Notes under the pieces: generated by a model
Told to the model about the DNA's origin: nothing
The model's input: only the letters and a program-made list of their open reading frames with translations
The model's database searches: none
In this document: one piece after another, positions 42,956 through 52,452 of the stretch
Position numbering within the stretch: position 1 is the first letter of the stretch
How the letters are laid out: each line of letters starts with the position of its first letter
Translations under genes and position numbers: made by a program
Virus record (IMG/VR): IMGVR_UViG_3300034073_003340
Span: 371,857 to 435,856 of that record
Direction: 5' to 3' (one strand)
Length of the DNA: 64,000 nucleotides

Positions 42956-43240
42956 TTACTTGCTGGAGTAACCAGAATGGCGTTCCAACAGTCTTTCGAG
43001 CATGTTGGCGGCAAGTGCCAATCCTTCTTCAACGCCGCGAGCATAGTCAAGATTACCGTCAGGTTCTCCATAACTGCGAAGCTTGAAAACTATATCATTT
43101 AGATCTTCAAGCAAAAGGGCAGAGGTATCCACATCTTCAACGTGGATACCCCCATAAGTCATATCTTCGGTAACATCCGACACTGAAGAGGATTCAGTAA
43201 GTCTGATATACCTCCTAATGTCATCTGGATGACTGAACAT
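42956..43240 (-). CDS. Small late protein
   Basis: AGGAG RBS; DDIRRYIRLTES leader; late box at 43271-43276. Confidence 0.7.
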   Translation of the reverse strand: MFSHPDDIRRYIRLTESSSVSDVTEDMTYGGIHVEDVDTSALLLEDLNDIVFKLRSYGEPDGNLDYARGVEEGLALAANMLERLLERHSGYSSK

Positions 43241-43270
43241 TCATGACTCTCCTAAATGGCGCGCTTTGTA

Positions 43271-43276
43271 TATTTA
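43271..43276 (-). promoter_or_regulatory. Late promoter box TAAATA
   Basis: TATTTA 31 nt upstream of the 43240 start. Confidence 0.6.
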
Positions 43277-43289
43277 GCCTAATGCCAAT

Positions 43290-44792
43290 TTAGTCGCTCA
43301 GCTTCCTAGCTAGGTTACGTAGTTGAGCCCCGTTGGCTTGTACCTTAGACGGAGGAGTAGCCTCAGGGCGTGCTAGTATAGGATTCTGTGCGGCTGGCCC
43401 TGTAGGCCCCTTATCAGGGCTGTAAGACGTGCCTATGTTCTTGGGAACAACCGTAGTGACTTTGTTAGCCAAACCTGCCTGTAAGCCGCCCACCCCTGAT
43501 CCACGACCTTCTAGCATTTCCTGAGGAGCATCCTCAATCCTCAATGTATTGGGATCAATCTTCAAGAAGATCTTCTGACCAACTCCTGACGACGAACGTG
43601 TCTTAAGGAACTGGATCTGATATTCACCACGATCCTTCATTGCTGCGGTTGTAAGAATCGCGAGCACATTGTCAGCCGTATTAATCTTTGAGATACCACC
43701 AGCAATGTGGCTGGCGTCAAAGTCCTGCTCTTGGATAGAAGCACGGTTGAGCTGTGACGCGGTAGCGCACAAGATGTTCCATTCCACTGCCAGCGCGCGA
43801 AGCTCTTCCGACGTGAACTTGTCCTTGATGAACTGGTCACTGACGTTGATCTTACCACTGTTTGGATGCATCAAATCCAGATAGTCTACCACGATGGCAT
43901 CAGGACGAGTTCCAGTTTGGATTTCAAACTCTTGTAGATAGGCCCTAATATCATTGGCGGTGGTTCCCGCCATTGGCAGTTTCTTGATTTGTAGCTTGCC
44001 CCATTTATGGGTCTTGCCACCAGCTTTTCTCATCATACCCAGTCGCATTGCGACATCGTTGATGTCTTTGAAGATCATCTTCGTTGGGGTCTCGGTGATC
44101 ATCGCATCATACCGGAGTCCAACTAGCTCTTCGCTTAGTTCCATAGTAATATAGATGACACTCAGACCCATCTGAACCCAATTCAGGGCTAGATTCTGTA
44201 GAAACAAACTCTTACCCGTGCCTGGGCCTCCGCAGAAAAAGGTTATCTCTCCGCGATTCATACCACCATACAACTTGCTGTCGATATCTCTCCAGCCCGT
44301 AGAGGTAGTATCAGTTTTATCTCTCATTCGCTCAAGGCGTTCTAGTGGATTTTCAAAATAGTCCGTGCCCAGTTCAGTCTGTAGACTGATGAGCATGTTT
44401 TCTTTTGAACGCCTCTCTAGTTCCGCATAGTCACCCTGAGCAATTAGCTGAGGGCCATCATACACCAAAGCTTCCATGGCTTTATGACGACAGAACCCAC
44501 TTATCTCATCCAGGAACCAGTCAACATGGTTGCTCTGGATATTAGGAATAATGGGTAAATCGAGATTTGTTTCAGCCTTGACCTGTTCTGGTGTTGGCAA
44601 TGCTCGATATTGCTCGGTGAACTTTTTGATAAAGCGAACGGCTGGACGAAGACGCTCATTCCAATATTCTGGCTTAACGATATTCTGACAACGAACGTAG
44701 GCGCTGTTGTCGGTAAGCATGAACTGAATGAGGACCTTCTGGACCTCTTCGCTATATTCCTTGAGCTCTTGTTGTTCTTTTCTTTGGCTCAC
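43290..44792 (-). CDS. Replicative DnaB-like helicase (T4 gp41-like)
   Basis: STGWRDID, GGPGTGKS Walker A, ITMELSE, IVVDYLDL, TASQLNR and KINTADNV. Confidence 0.93.
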   Translation of the reverse strand: MSQRKEQQELKEYSEEVQKVLIQFMLTDNSAYVRCQNIVKPEYWNERLRPAVRFIKKFTEQYRALPTPEQVKAETNLDLPIIPNIQSNHVDWFLDEISGFCRHKAMEALVYDGPQLIAQGDYAELERRSKENMLISLQTELGTDYFENPLERLERMRDKTDTTSTGWRDIDSKLYGGMNRGEITFFCGGPGTGKSLFLQNLALNWVQMGLSVIYITMELSEELVGLRYDAMITETPTKMIFKDINDVAMRLGMMRKAGGKTHKWGKLQIKKLPMAGTTANDIRAYLQEFEIQTGTRPDAIVVDYLDLMHPNSGKINVSDQFIKDKFTSEELRALAVEWNILCATASQLNRASIQEQDFDASHIAGGISKINTADNVLAILTTAAMKDRGEYQIQFLKTRSSSGVGQKIFLKIDPNTLRIEDAPQEMLEGRGSGVGGLQAGLANKVTTVVPKNIGTSYSPDKGPTGPAAQNPILARPEATPPSKVQANGAQLRNLARKLSD

Positions 44793-44811
44793 AGGACCTC
44801 CTGGTCTCTTA

Positions 44812-45837
44812 TTATTTTAAGCGTTGTCGTTGTATACCTATTGATAACCTATCTTTGGTTCTGGCGTCAATAATCGACCATATCGTATAGAGCTTACCAT
44901 AGGCTTTTACGGCGTCTGCTGCGTCTTTTATTCCTTCATCCCAACGAGGGAAGGACACATACCAGCCTTGTGCTAGAGCAGTATCAACTAACCGTCCTCC
45001 CTGATTGGTGCGATCAGGTACGACAATTTTGGTTTTACCGGTTTGATTCAACCACTGAATCTGTTCAGGTGTTATTTTATCACCTAGCATCGCGACACCA
45101 TTTACCGCGATTCCGTCAAATGGGCCTTCATTTATAAAAAGATATTCCCAATCCTCTTTGACGATATCGGTGTTGAAAATATAATGCGGTTGAACGTCAC
45201 TATAATAGCGGCGACTGCTAGATCCGTTTACAATTCTAGCTGTCCAACCCACTATTTCATTTTCCCAGTAAAACGGGATGATAACCCTCTGATTCATATG
45301 ATCAGTAGTATCTGGGGTCCAATAATAGTCATAGGAAAGTAAAATATCCTCTCCTCTGTTGGCAACGTAAGTGAGAACTTCTAGGAAATGAGGATCTTCA
45401 CAGTTCTCTTCGAGCCAGAAGCTTATGGGCTTTGCCGACTTTGGTAGATTCCTGGATTCAAAGGTAATAGAAGCAGAGGCTTGCCGGGTAAATGATTGTT
45501 CAATACCACCGCCTTCGAGCATATTCTTACGGAGAAGAGATACATCAAAGTCAAGACGTCTGATCTTCTCACTAGGCATGCCTAGCCATTCAAAATACTT
45601 TTTCCACTTTGGAGAAAATCGAGCACCGGGTGACCAGCCGGCTCGGAACCCACAGTTAAAGCAGGAAACCGAAGTCCGGCCGTCAGAGTCAAACAAGATA
45701 CCAGATCTCTTTTTGGTGTCTGCCCTCATCTGTCCGTTATGAATACAGCATGGACCATTGAATGTGGTCCAGCGACTGGGGGTCTGCTTGCCCCCAGGTA
45801 TACAGCTCATTAGAGCACTATAGATGAGGGTAGACAT
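44812..45837 (-). CDS. DNA primase (zinc finger plus TOPRIM, T4 gp61-like)
   Basis: CCIH...CFNCG zinc-binding domain, RVIIPF..VGWTARI, INEGPFD and VVPDRT..G. Confidence 0.88.
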   Translation of the reverse strand: MSTLIYSALMSCIPGGKQTPSRWTTFNGPCCIHNGQMRADTKKRSGILFDSDGRTSVSCFNCGFRAGWSPGARFSPKWKKYFEWLGMPSEKIRRLDFDVSLLRKNMLEGGGIEQSFTRQASASITFESRNLPKSAKPISFWLEENCEDPHFLEVLTYVANRGEDILLSYDYYWTPDTTDHMNQRVIIPFYWENEIVGWTARIVNGSSSRRYYSDVQPHYIFNTDIVKEDWEYLFINEGPFDGIAVNGVAMLGDKITPEQIQWLNQTGKTKIVVPDRTNQGGRLVDTALAQGWYVSFPRWDEGIKDAADAVKAYGKLYTIWSIIDARTKDRLSIGIQRQRLK

Positions 45838-47543
45838 CAGGCAAAGAGACCGTTGTTTACTATCTGCATTTTGGGCTTGTTTTCAGCAAGATGTGGTGCT
45901 TCTGCTTCTTTCTTAGCCTTTAACACATTAACGTGATCCTTTTGGTTGGCAACCTCGAACAACTGAAGATCCAAGACTCCCCTTTCCGCATTGTCACTAG
46001 CTAGATAGTTGAGAACCTTGCGATTTCTCTCAATAACAGACATTGGAGTTTCGCTGTTGAATACATCTTCAACAACCGATTTGATTTCAAGAAGTTGCTG
46101 AGGAACAGCCGCTGGGTCGCCCTTGTCATATAGATCCTGCGATTCGTAAACCCCCTCGAGGTGAACCTGGACATTATGGTTCATCAACATCGCATAGGTG
46201 ACTACGTCCCACGTTGAAGTAAACTTTGGATCCACGTTAACACAGATGTCGCCCATCTTGAGCTGCTCACCAATCTGAGTTCTAACAAACCTAGAGCCAT
46301 CAACTCCGTCTAGACGTTCATGAAACATCTCTTCCAGCACATCGAGGAATGGACGATCAGCGTCTTTTCCCTTCTTGGGTAGAGGAATCTTATTACCAGA
46401 ATCATCAAGAAGATATTTGATGCGGTCCTTTCCGGTTGAGATCATCTCATAACCAAGTTGTTCAACTCCTTCATCGTCAAGATAGGTGTTGGTTGGTAGA
46501 TAATTTCGACCGTCTAGTTTCTCACCCTGAATACTCCAGCTGTCTTTGTTCAAGTTGTAGCCAAGGAAAACTTTACCATAAGCAGCTAGAGTAAAGGGTG
46601 AGCTCACGTCATACGAGATAGTGAAATTGGGGTTAATCTGTTCACGAACTTGTCTCTGAATGGTCGTGTAGACACAACCATGTTGGAACTTACCAACACC
46701 CAAGAAGTGCATCCAGTCACGATCCTGTAGGACTCCGTCATCTCTCATATTAATGATTCGACCCAGAGACATCTCAAAGTTCTCTTTGTGATGAGACGCA
46801 AGAGACCAACCCTCAAAGGGATAGTGCTTGACATTCTCATACCATATTTTTGACTCGCTGGCGTTTCGTCCCTGAACCACATTTAAAAACTTAGTAGCAC
46901 CAGGGACCCTGTTCTTCACAAAGTAATCGTTATTGATTAGAGTCTGAAGCATACAGGCATAGAACAGACGATCGTTCTTATTGTTGATGTTTCCGCCATT
47001 TTTGATAATCAGGTCATCCAGAGCATCCTTGTTTCCTGAATCCACAATATTGGGATCTAAAGGACTTTCAAGTCGCTGTAGATGTTGGTCAATATTACCA
47101 ATCTGAATACCGCCAGTTGGGAAGTCGAGAATCATCGACCAATCGCAATTGGCTTCCATCCAGCGCATCATCCTCTCGCGAGTTTTGTCACCCTCAAACT
47201 TGATAGCACCGGTCTGAATCTGGAATCCACCCGAGTCACCTAGAACTGTTGTAGAGCCACGATCACGACCGGTGACCATATCTTTACGTTCAGTAATACC
47301 ACTGCTCTTTGCGGCCTGCCCAGCTGAATACAGAGCACTGGGCAGATAGAACAAGCTGCTATTAGGGTTGAAGAAGTTCAGTTCCTCGCGTGGAATAGGT
47401 GGCTCACGCTTGGGGTTTTCCGCATTGACATAGCGGACATACATTTCTGAAATGGCAGGAGTAAACCGCGCATAATCGCGGTATCTCTTGGAATAATCAA
47501 TTCCGGGCATTGACGGCCTCTTGTTTTGTTCGTGTTTAACCAC
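45837..47543 (-). CDS. tRNA-guanine transglycosylase-fold protein (DpdA-like base-exchange enzyme candidate)
   Basis: GDSGGFQI (catalytic Asp), MILDFP, NVVQG, MHFLGVG, SYDVSSP and MNHN; lacks the CxCxxC Zn cluster of tRNA TGTs. Confidence 0.82.
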   Translation of the reverse strand: MVKHEQNKRPSMPGIDYSKRYRDYARFTPAISEMYVRYVNAENPKREPPIPREELNFFNPNSSLFYLPSALYSAGQAAKSSGITERKDMVTGRDRGSTTVLGDSGGFQIQTGAIKFEGDKTRERMMRWMEANCDWSMILDFPTGGIQIGNIDQHLQRLESPLDPNIVDSGNKDALDDLIIKNGGNINNKNDRLFYACMLQTLINNDYFVKNRVPGATKFLNVVQGRNASESKIWYENVKHYPFEGWSLASHHKENFEMSLGRIINMRDDGVLQDRDWMHFLGVGKFQHGCVYTTIQRQVREQINPNFTISYDVSSPFTLAAYGKVFLGYNLNKDSWSIQGEKLDGRNYLPTNTYLDDEGVEQLGYEMISTGKDRIKYLLDDSGNKIPLPKKGKDADRPFLDVLEEMFHERLDGVDGSRFVRTQIGEQLKMGDICVNVDPKFTSTWDVVTYAMLMNHNVQVHLEGVYESQDLYDKGDPAAVPQQLLEIKSVVEDVFNSETPMSVIERNRKVLNYLASDNAERGVLDLQLFEVANQKDHVNVLKAKKEAEAPHLAENKPKMQIVNNGLFA

Positions 47544-47567
47544 TTTAGGCTAAACACGGGCCATCAG

Positions 47568-48401
47568 TCAATTTCTAAACACCAGTTTTGTGACTTTACC
47601 TAGATCCTCTTCTAGTGGAGGTTCACCGTATGGGTTCTGATCGTTTTGATTGAAGATCTTTACTCTCCACCACATCAAATTGGCCTCAAAAGAGTATCCT
47701 TGAGTTGAGGTCTCGTGGTCAAACTCATGAGTCTGTATGGTAAACCATTCCTCTTCCGTTGGTGTTCCCTCTTCAACTGACCCTTCAATGATAAGTTCGC
47801 CAGTGAAATTATCCAGATAAGCAGCTAGCGTATGAACACCAGTATAGTCGTCAACTTGAAGAGATCCTGGAATCGCAGAAGTTGCTCTATAGGCTATACG
47901 GCCATCCACTGGCATCTGGGTGGATAAAAGAAGCTCTTCGTATGTGACTGTTTCACTTATCCTAGGTAAGAACCTAGGACCTTGGAGAAGTTCAAAGAAC
48001 CCTCTTTGGGTCTCATTGGCATCCACATACAAGAGATGAACCGCACCGTCAGGATTGGTTACCGCAACTTGATAGCTATAGGTTTGAAGAAACCAATCCG
48101 CCATGATATCTGGTTCAATTGTGAGCTTACAGATGCCTCTGGCTTCGTTTATAACCCTTAGCTCTTTTCGCCATAGTTCGCGATCTATTCTGTGGTCGTA
48201 AAAGATGATCTCAGCTGAGCGACCCATCATGTTTATGGGTTTTCGATCGGTATCTCTTACCACGAACTCGATTGTATTCTGCACGTCTCTGAAAACGCGG
48301 AAGTCATTTGTGTTCATGGGAAGATTCCAATTCACTGTGCCGCCAGTTTCTCTGAGGGTCATTTCAATCTTTCGCTTTTTATCTATTAGAAAGACTGTCA
48401 T
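47568..48401 (-). CDS. Late structural protein (BppU/baseplate-like N-terminal domain)
   Basis: VQNTIEFVVRDTDRKPINM...GICKLTI; late box upstream. Confidence 0.68.
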   Translation of the reverse strand: MTVFLIDKKRKIEMTLRETGGTVNWNLPMNTNDFRVFRDVQNTIEFVVRDTDRKPINMMGRSAEIIFYDHRIDRELWRKELRVINEARGICKLTIEPDIMADWFLQTYSYQVAVTNPDGAVHLLYVDANETQRGFFELLQGPRFLPRISETVTYEELLLSTQMPVDGRIAYRATSAIPGSLQVDDYTGVHTLAAYLDNFTGELIIEGSVEEGTPTEEEWFTIQTHEFDHETSTQGYSFEANLMWWRVKIFNQNDQNPYGEPPLEEDLGKVTKLVFRN

Positions 48402-48429
48402 GACACATCCTCAGATTGTCCAAAAACGG

Positions 48430-48452
48430 CTGGACTAAATATCCAGTATTTA
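48430..48452. promoter_or_regulatory. Overlapping face-to-face late promoters
   Basis: CTGGAC-TAAATA-TCCAG-TATTTA; plus box at 48436-48441, minus box at 48447-48452; genes diverge on both sides. Confidence 0.6.
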
Positions 48453-48476
48453 TTAGAGAGTATAGGTTGTTTTAAA

Positions 48477-48839
48477 GTGTTGCCCCAGCTAGAGAATTTT
48501 CCATTTTTGACTTTGGGTCGATACTTAGATCAAGAGTATCTTGGCATCGTGGGAAACTCTGACAACCAGATAACATCGATGTATGTTTACAACTCCTTAC
48601 CAGACGAAGAACATAAAAAATTGTTTCTCCAACTGGGCGATGAATGGTGGTGGGAAACAAATCGACAGATGCCAATCAACGTTACTCTAAAGGAAAGATG
48701 GGCAGTTTTTCGTCCATACCTTAAAACGTTCATCAGTAGCGATTTTGAAATTCTACAGGGACCTTGTGTTAGTCTTGATTCCGTCATGGTCAAACGAGTT
48801 AAGCGTCGACAGATTCAGCTAGTTCGCAAGCAGGACTAA
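48477..48839 (+). CDS. Conserved-looking large-phage hypothetical protein
   Basis: FPFLTLGRYLDQEYLGIVGNSD...WWWETNRQMPIN...VKRVKRRQIQLVR. Confidence 0.75.
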   Translation: MLPQLENFPFLTLGRYLDQEYLGIVGNSDNQITSMYVYNSLPDEEHKKLFLQLGDEWWWETNRQMPINVTLKERWAVFRPYLKTFISSDFEILQGPCVSLDSVMVKRVKRRQIQLVRKQD

Positions 48840-49234
48840 AAAGACAGCTTGAACCTTAGAGCATCAGTTAGATTCTTAAAGCTAAAGCTCAATGTATTTT
48901 CTGAACCTATACCAAGATGTGGCACATTGATATCAAATCCCCAGTTATCAGTGACGTTCTGAGAAATCCAATCCAGCCTCTCAGTGAATAAGGTTTCATA
49001 GGAATTCCATTCATTTTTGAAACTTATATCCACGGTATAATCATATATCTCATCTGAGAATAATGAGAATCTACCAGAATTTAAAGATTCCTCACCAGTT
49101 ACCAGACGAGCCATTCTAATTGAGAACATAAAATACTCAGAAGCTTCTAGATCAATCCATGCTTCTACATCAAGCCACGGCTGATCGGCATAATGGTAAG
49201 ATATCTTTCGATACGTCCTATTCTCCGGTGGCAT
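48836..49234 (-). CDS. FKL-family protein
   Basis: LDWISQN...FSFKNLTDALRFKLSF. Confidence 0.7.
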   Translation of the reverse strand: MPPENRTYRKISYHYADQPWLDVEAWIDLEASEYFMFSIRMARLVTGEESLNSGRFSLFSDEIYDYTVDISFKNEWNSYETLFTERLDWISQNVTDNWGFDINVPHLGIGSENTLSFSFKNLTDALRFKLSF

Positions 49235-49826
49235 TAGCTTGTTCCAAGAGTAGGTTGAGCTGAACTACTATCACGTGGGCGTAGCTAACGCTATGAGCCT
49301 TTTTGAAGCCATAAAGTGATTCATCACCGGGTGACCAGATATCCTTTTTTATGTCATCCCATTCAAGCCCTATCAGGTGTTTCTTTCTTGGACGGATCAA
49401 AGCTAAGAAAATGGCCAAGTCCATGATAGATCGAGGCTTATAGGCACTCAGGAGGTCACTTGTGGGAATACCATCAATAACACCACCTAGTTGGAAGAGC
49501 TGTTCAACAATCAACGGATCATCCAACAGTTCCCACATGGGTTCTCTGGACAAAAGATCATTTAGATGATCCTCGTCTCGGACCTGTTTGTAGATGTTGA
49601 GATTCAAAAAGTCGATTTTGAAGTAGCCACGCTCCTCGGCATCTTCATAAGGTATGCTAGAATAGCCCGTAAGAGGGTCTTGTGGGATCGCCTGCATATA
49701 GACACCCACAACATGCTTTCTCAGATCATCACGCTCTATGCGACTCGCAGGTATGTGGACAAGCCCCTCTAACGCATGATCTCGGTTAGCAAAATCTATA
49801 TCGACGTCTGGTACGAATTTTCCCAT
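49218..49826 (-). CDS. Miniature DNA polymerase III alpha (DnaE)-like catalytic core
   Basis: PDVDIDF (two catalytic Asp), KHVVGVY, GYFKIDFL (third Asp), LFQL, LALIRP and YGFKKAHSVSYA in only 202 aa. Confidence 0.85.
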   Translation of the reverse strand: MGKFVPDVDIDFANRDHALEGLVHIPASRIERDDLRKHVVGVYMQAIPQDPLTGYSSIPYEDAEERGYFKIDFLNLNIYKQVRDEDHLNDLLSREPMWELLDDPLIVEQLFQLGGVIDGIPTSDLLSAYKPRSIMDLAIFLALIRPRKKHLIGLEWDDIKKDIWSPGDESLYGFKKAHSVSYAHVIVVQLNLLLEQANATGE

Positions 49827-49848
49827 GTCACCAGTTTATGATGACTGA

Positions 49849-50196
49849 TTATCGTACGTCAATTTTGTTAGCTAGGTCGTTTTCAATCTGACGGAGTTTG
49901 TCCATGATACGGTTGTTGGCTTTGATCAAACGCTGTTGCTTGGTTTCAAGATCACGGATTTTATTGCGGGCTTCTCGTAGCTGAGTTTCCATTTGAGCTA
50001 CATACTCCGCTTTTGGAAAAGTGTGAAGCTCACCATCGATTTCAACAGTTTTCGTATGGCTGTTTTGAGCCTTCATACCGCCAATCACTCGGCTAGCCAA
50101 TTTAGTGGCTGACACGGGCGACACCGGCTTTTGCGGTTTGTCGTCGCGGTAAATGCTACCGCCATACATAGAACTAAAATACGAATCGTCTGACAT
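49849..50196 (-). CDS. Coiled-coil hypothetical protein
   Basis: Start set at MSDDSYF; C-terminal coiled coil. Confidence 0.62.
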   Translation of the reverse strand: MSDDSYFSSMYGGSIYRDDKPQKPVSPVSATKLASRVIGGMKAQNSHTKTVEIDGELHTFPKAEYVAQMETQLREARNKIRDLETKQQRLIKANNRIMDKLRQIENDLANKIDVR

Positions 50197-50203
50197 CAGA
50201 TAT

Positions 50204-50560
50204 TTAGTAGTTTGGGCTATCGCCCACCTTACAAATATTGGTGTGTCCAAGACGAAACTTACCCTTGCTAATCAAGTAGGCAATCTTTTGACCAGGATCC
50301 ATTTTGTTCATTTCATCCCAGTTCAAACCAATCCTGATATACTCTTCGCTGTCAGCTAGTTTGATCTGCATAGCGAGCTTGTGAAAAGCTGCGTCTCGTT
50401 CAGCCTTGGCAAGTTCGTAGACTTCTTGGGCGGTGTCGTATTCTGACAATGCTTTACGATAGAAAACATTGCCAGAATTACGAGCAAAATCCACCATGTC
50501 ATCACGATTCAATTCCATTGAATCTTTGGTTAGCTTCATAGGATGAGGCCCTTTAGCCAA
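50204..50560 (-). CDS. Hypothetical protein, paralog of the upstream gene
   Basis: Shares the KLA-x-x-(I/V)KL-x-DSEE motif with 50536..51162. Confidence 0.62.
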   Translation of the reverse strand: MAKGPHPMKLTKDSMELNRDDMVDFARNSGNVFYRKALSEYDTAQEVYELAKAERDAAFHKLAMQIKLADSEEYIRIGLNWDEMNKMDPGQKIAYLISKGKFRLGHTNICKVGDSPNY

Positions 50561-51162
50561 TTCATAATACCAAATTTTGTTTGAATTGGCTTAGTTTGGT
50601 TTTTCTCGTCATCACTCGAATTTTTTGAAATAGACGATTTTGGCGAGTTAGACAAATTAGGCATACCGTTGATAAGACCAGTTGTCTGAATAGAATTGAA
50701 ATTAGAAGAAGGCAGCCAACCATAAGAATTATTCAGACTCATCTTTTTAAAAATAGAATCAAGATCAGTGGATTTGGCCCGACGTTCTATCTCTTCGCTA
50801 TCAGTTAGCTTTACCGCACTGGCTAACTTGTTCGCAGAACGGTGGAGAGCACTCTGTGCCTTTTCAAACTCCTCCAGGACTTGTTCATAAAGGGGGTTTA
50901 GCTGATTCTCTCTGGCAATATCAATGATGATATCAAAATTAGGAATTACAGCATGTCCACGTGGAAAGAATGTCTTCAGAGCTTCCATCTTTTCACGATA
51001 TTCAGCTTCCCTGAGTTCTCTATCACGACGATACTGATCCATTCGCTCCAGTTCTTCAATGCTCGGCTGGTAACCAGACATAGCCTCTCTACTGATCACC
51101 GTGTTATTGAGATAATCATCTAATGAAAGGGAAACGCTTTTACCTGAATTATTGGAAATCAT
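50536..51162 (-). CDS. Hypothetical protein
   Basis: 208 aa; KLASAVKLTDSEE. Confidence 0.65.
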   Translation of the reverse strand: MISNNSGKSVSLSLDDYLNNTVISREAMSGYQPSIEELERMDQYRRDRELREAEYREKMEALKTFFPRGHAVIPNFDIIIDIARENQLNPLYEQVLEEFEKAQSALHRSANKLASAVKLTDSEEIERRAKSTDLDSIFKKMSLNNSYGWLPSSNFNSIQTTGLINGMPNLSNSPKSSISKNSSDDEKNQTKPIQTKFGIMNWLKGLIL

Positions 51163-51911
51163 TATACACCTGCCTCTTGAAGGATCAGTCGAATGTTTTC
51201 AACTTCTGCTTTGTTGTCCCTAATCTTAGGTAACCAAAACATAGGATTGATCCATTCCTTTACTAACCCTAGCTGCTCATCAGTCAGTCTGTCAAATAAT
51301 GGCTGACCGACGCCTGAGTAGAGCAACCAGGGAGAGATACGTCCTTTTCTTATCCAGATAGTTGCTTGACTGGGAGAAACCTTTCTAAAGAAATCTACCC
51401 AGTTCTCATCATATTCTCTGCCCCATTGCTCCATGAGGAGAATATTCCGTTCTACCGCTTTCATTGGATCTTCTTTCTTGGCCAATTCTCTTGTCCAAGA
51501 TTCATACCAGACTTCATTTGTCCAATCATCTAATCGGACGTTTCCTTTGATCAAGAACTCAGTAAATCCCATTGGTTCAATGGCCACTATATTCTCAATA
51601 TGTCTTCCAAATTTGGTGAAGGCAGTAAAATACTTGCTATCCATGAATTCTTCATAGGTTTTGGCCTTCTTGGATTTGAGACTGAGCTCATAAAACTTTT
51701 GAAACGCCATAAAACCAATACGAATATACTTTTCATCTCTCCACAACCATCTGCGTTTCTTTTCACACATATGGTTGATAAGACTCTTTTCTCGAGAGAA
51801 TTCTTTCTTACAAAACTCACAACGAAAGGTTGGCTCAACGGGTTCAACCGCAATCTTTTTGGATCTTTTGGTTTTTGTTGAAATCTCAGCCATTGATCTT
51901 TTTGAACTCAT
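51162..51911 (-). CDS. C2H2 zinc-finger-containing conserved phage protein
   Basis: FRCEFCKKEFSREKSLINHMC. Confidence 0.78.
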   Translation of the reverse strand: MSSKRSMAEISTKTKRSKKIAVEPVEPTFRCEFCKKEFSREKSLINHMCEKKRRWLWRDEKYIRIGFMAFQKFYELSLKSKKAKTYEEFMDSKYFTAFTKFGRHIENIVAIEPMGFTEFLIKGNVRLDDWTNEVWYESWTRELAKKEDPMKAVERNILLMEQWGREYDENWVDFFRKVSPSQATIWIRKGRISPWLLYSGVGQPLFDRLTDEQLGLVKEWINPMFWLPKIRDNKAEVENIRLILQEAGV

Positions 51912-52452
51912 CCATCAAAGGTTTGATGTCACTATCTGGTTTGCCCATATCTAGCAAAAGCTGCTTGAAGGATTCTCTGGTGAACTTACTTCGAAGAATG
52001 GATAGTTCTTCGTTGTTGAGCTGTGGATAAAGTTCCAGCAGGACCGCATCAATCTTACCGACCTTTTTCCTTGATGTGGCGAGAGGAATCCAGCCATGCT
52101 TGAATGGCTTACCTAATCCAACGGCACACATAAGCCGCCACTGGAGATCCGGATAGCGACTCAAATCCCAGAACCCTTGGTTTACCACCTCATTCACGGT
52201 GATGATAAAATCAGCAGTTTCTTCAGGTGTTGCTCGAACCAGACTGGGATCATCATACCCGGTTGGAGATTGTAAGACGCTTTGCCATTTCATAGCCACA
52301 ATAGGACTGAATGTTTTTGCCATCTCCGGTGTTTGGTTATCTAGCCAATCAAAGACCTTGTAATCACTATACAGCATTTCGTCCTTGATATCCAGGCTGG
52401 GCTTTTTTTCTGCCGGTGATTTCTTTGCTGCGGCCGGCTTCTTTGCTGCCAT
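51886..52452 (-). CDS. Possible clamp-loader small subunit (T4 gp62-like)
   Basis: FSPIVAMKWQS...LQWRLMCAVG..HGWIP pattern and replication context. Start set at MAAKK (TAATG overlap). Confidence 0.45.
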   Translation of the reverse strand: MAAKKPAAAKKSPAEKKPSLDIKDEMLYSDYKVFDWLDNQTPEMAKTFSPIVAMKWQSVLQSPTGYDDPSLVRATPEETADFIITVNEVVNQGFWDLSRYPDLQWRLMCAVGLGKPFKHGWIPLATSRKKVGKIDAVLLELYPQLNNEELSILRSKFTRESFKQLLLDMGKPDSDIKPLMDEFKKING

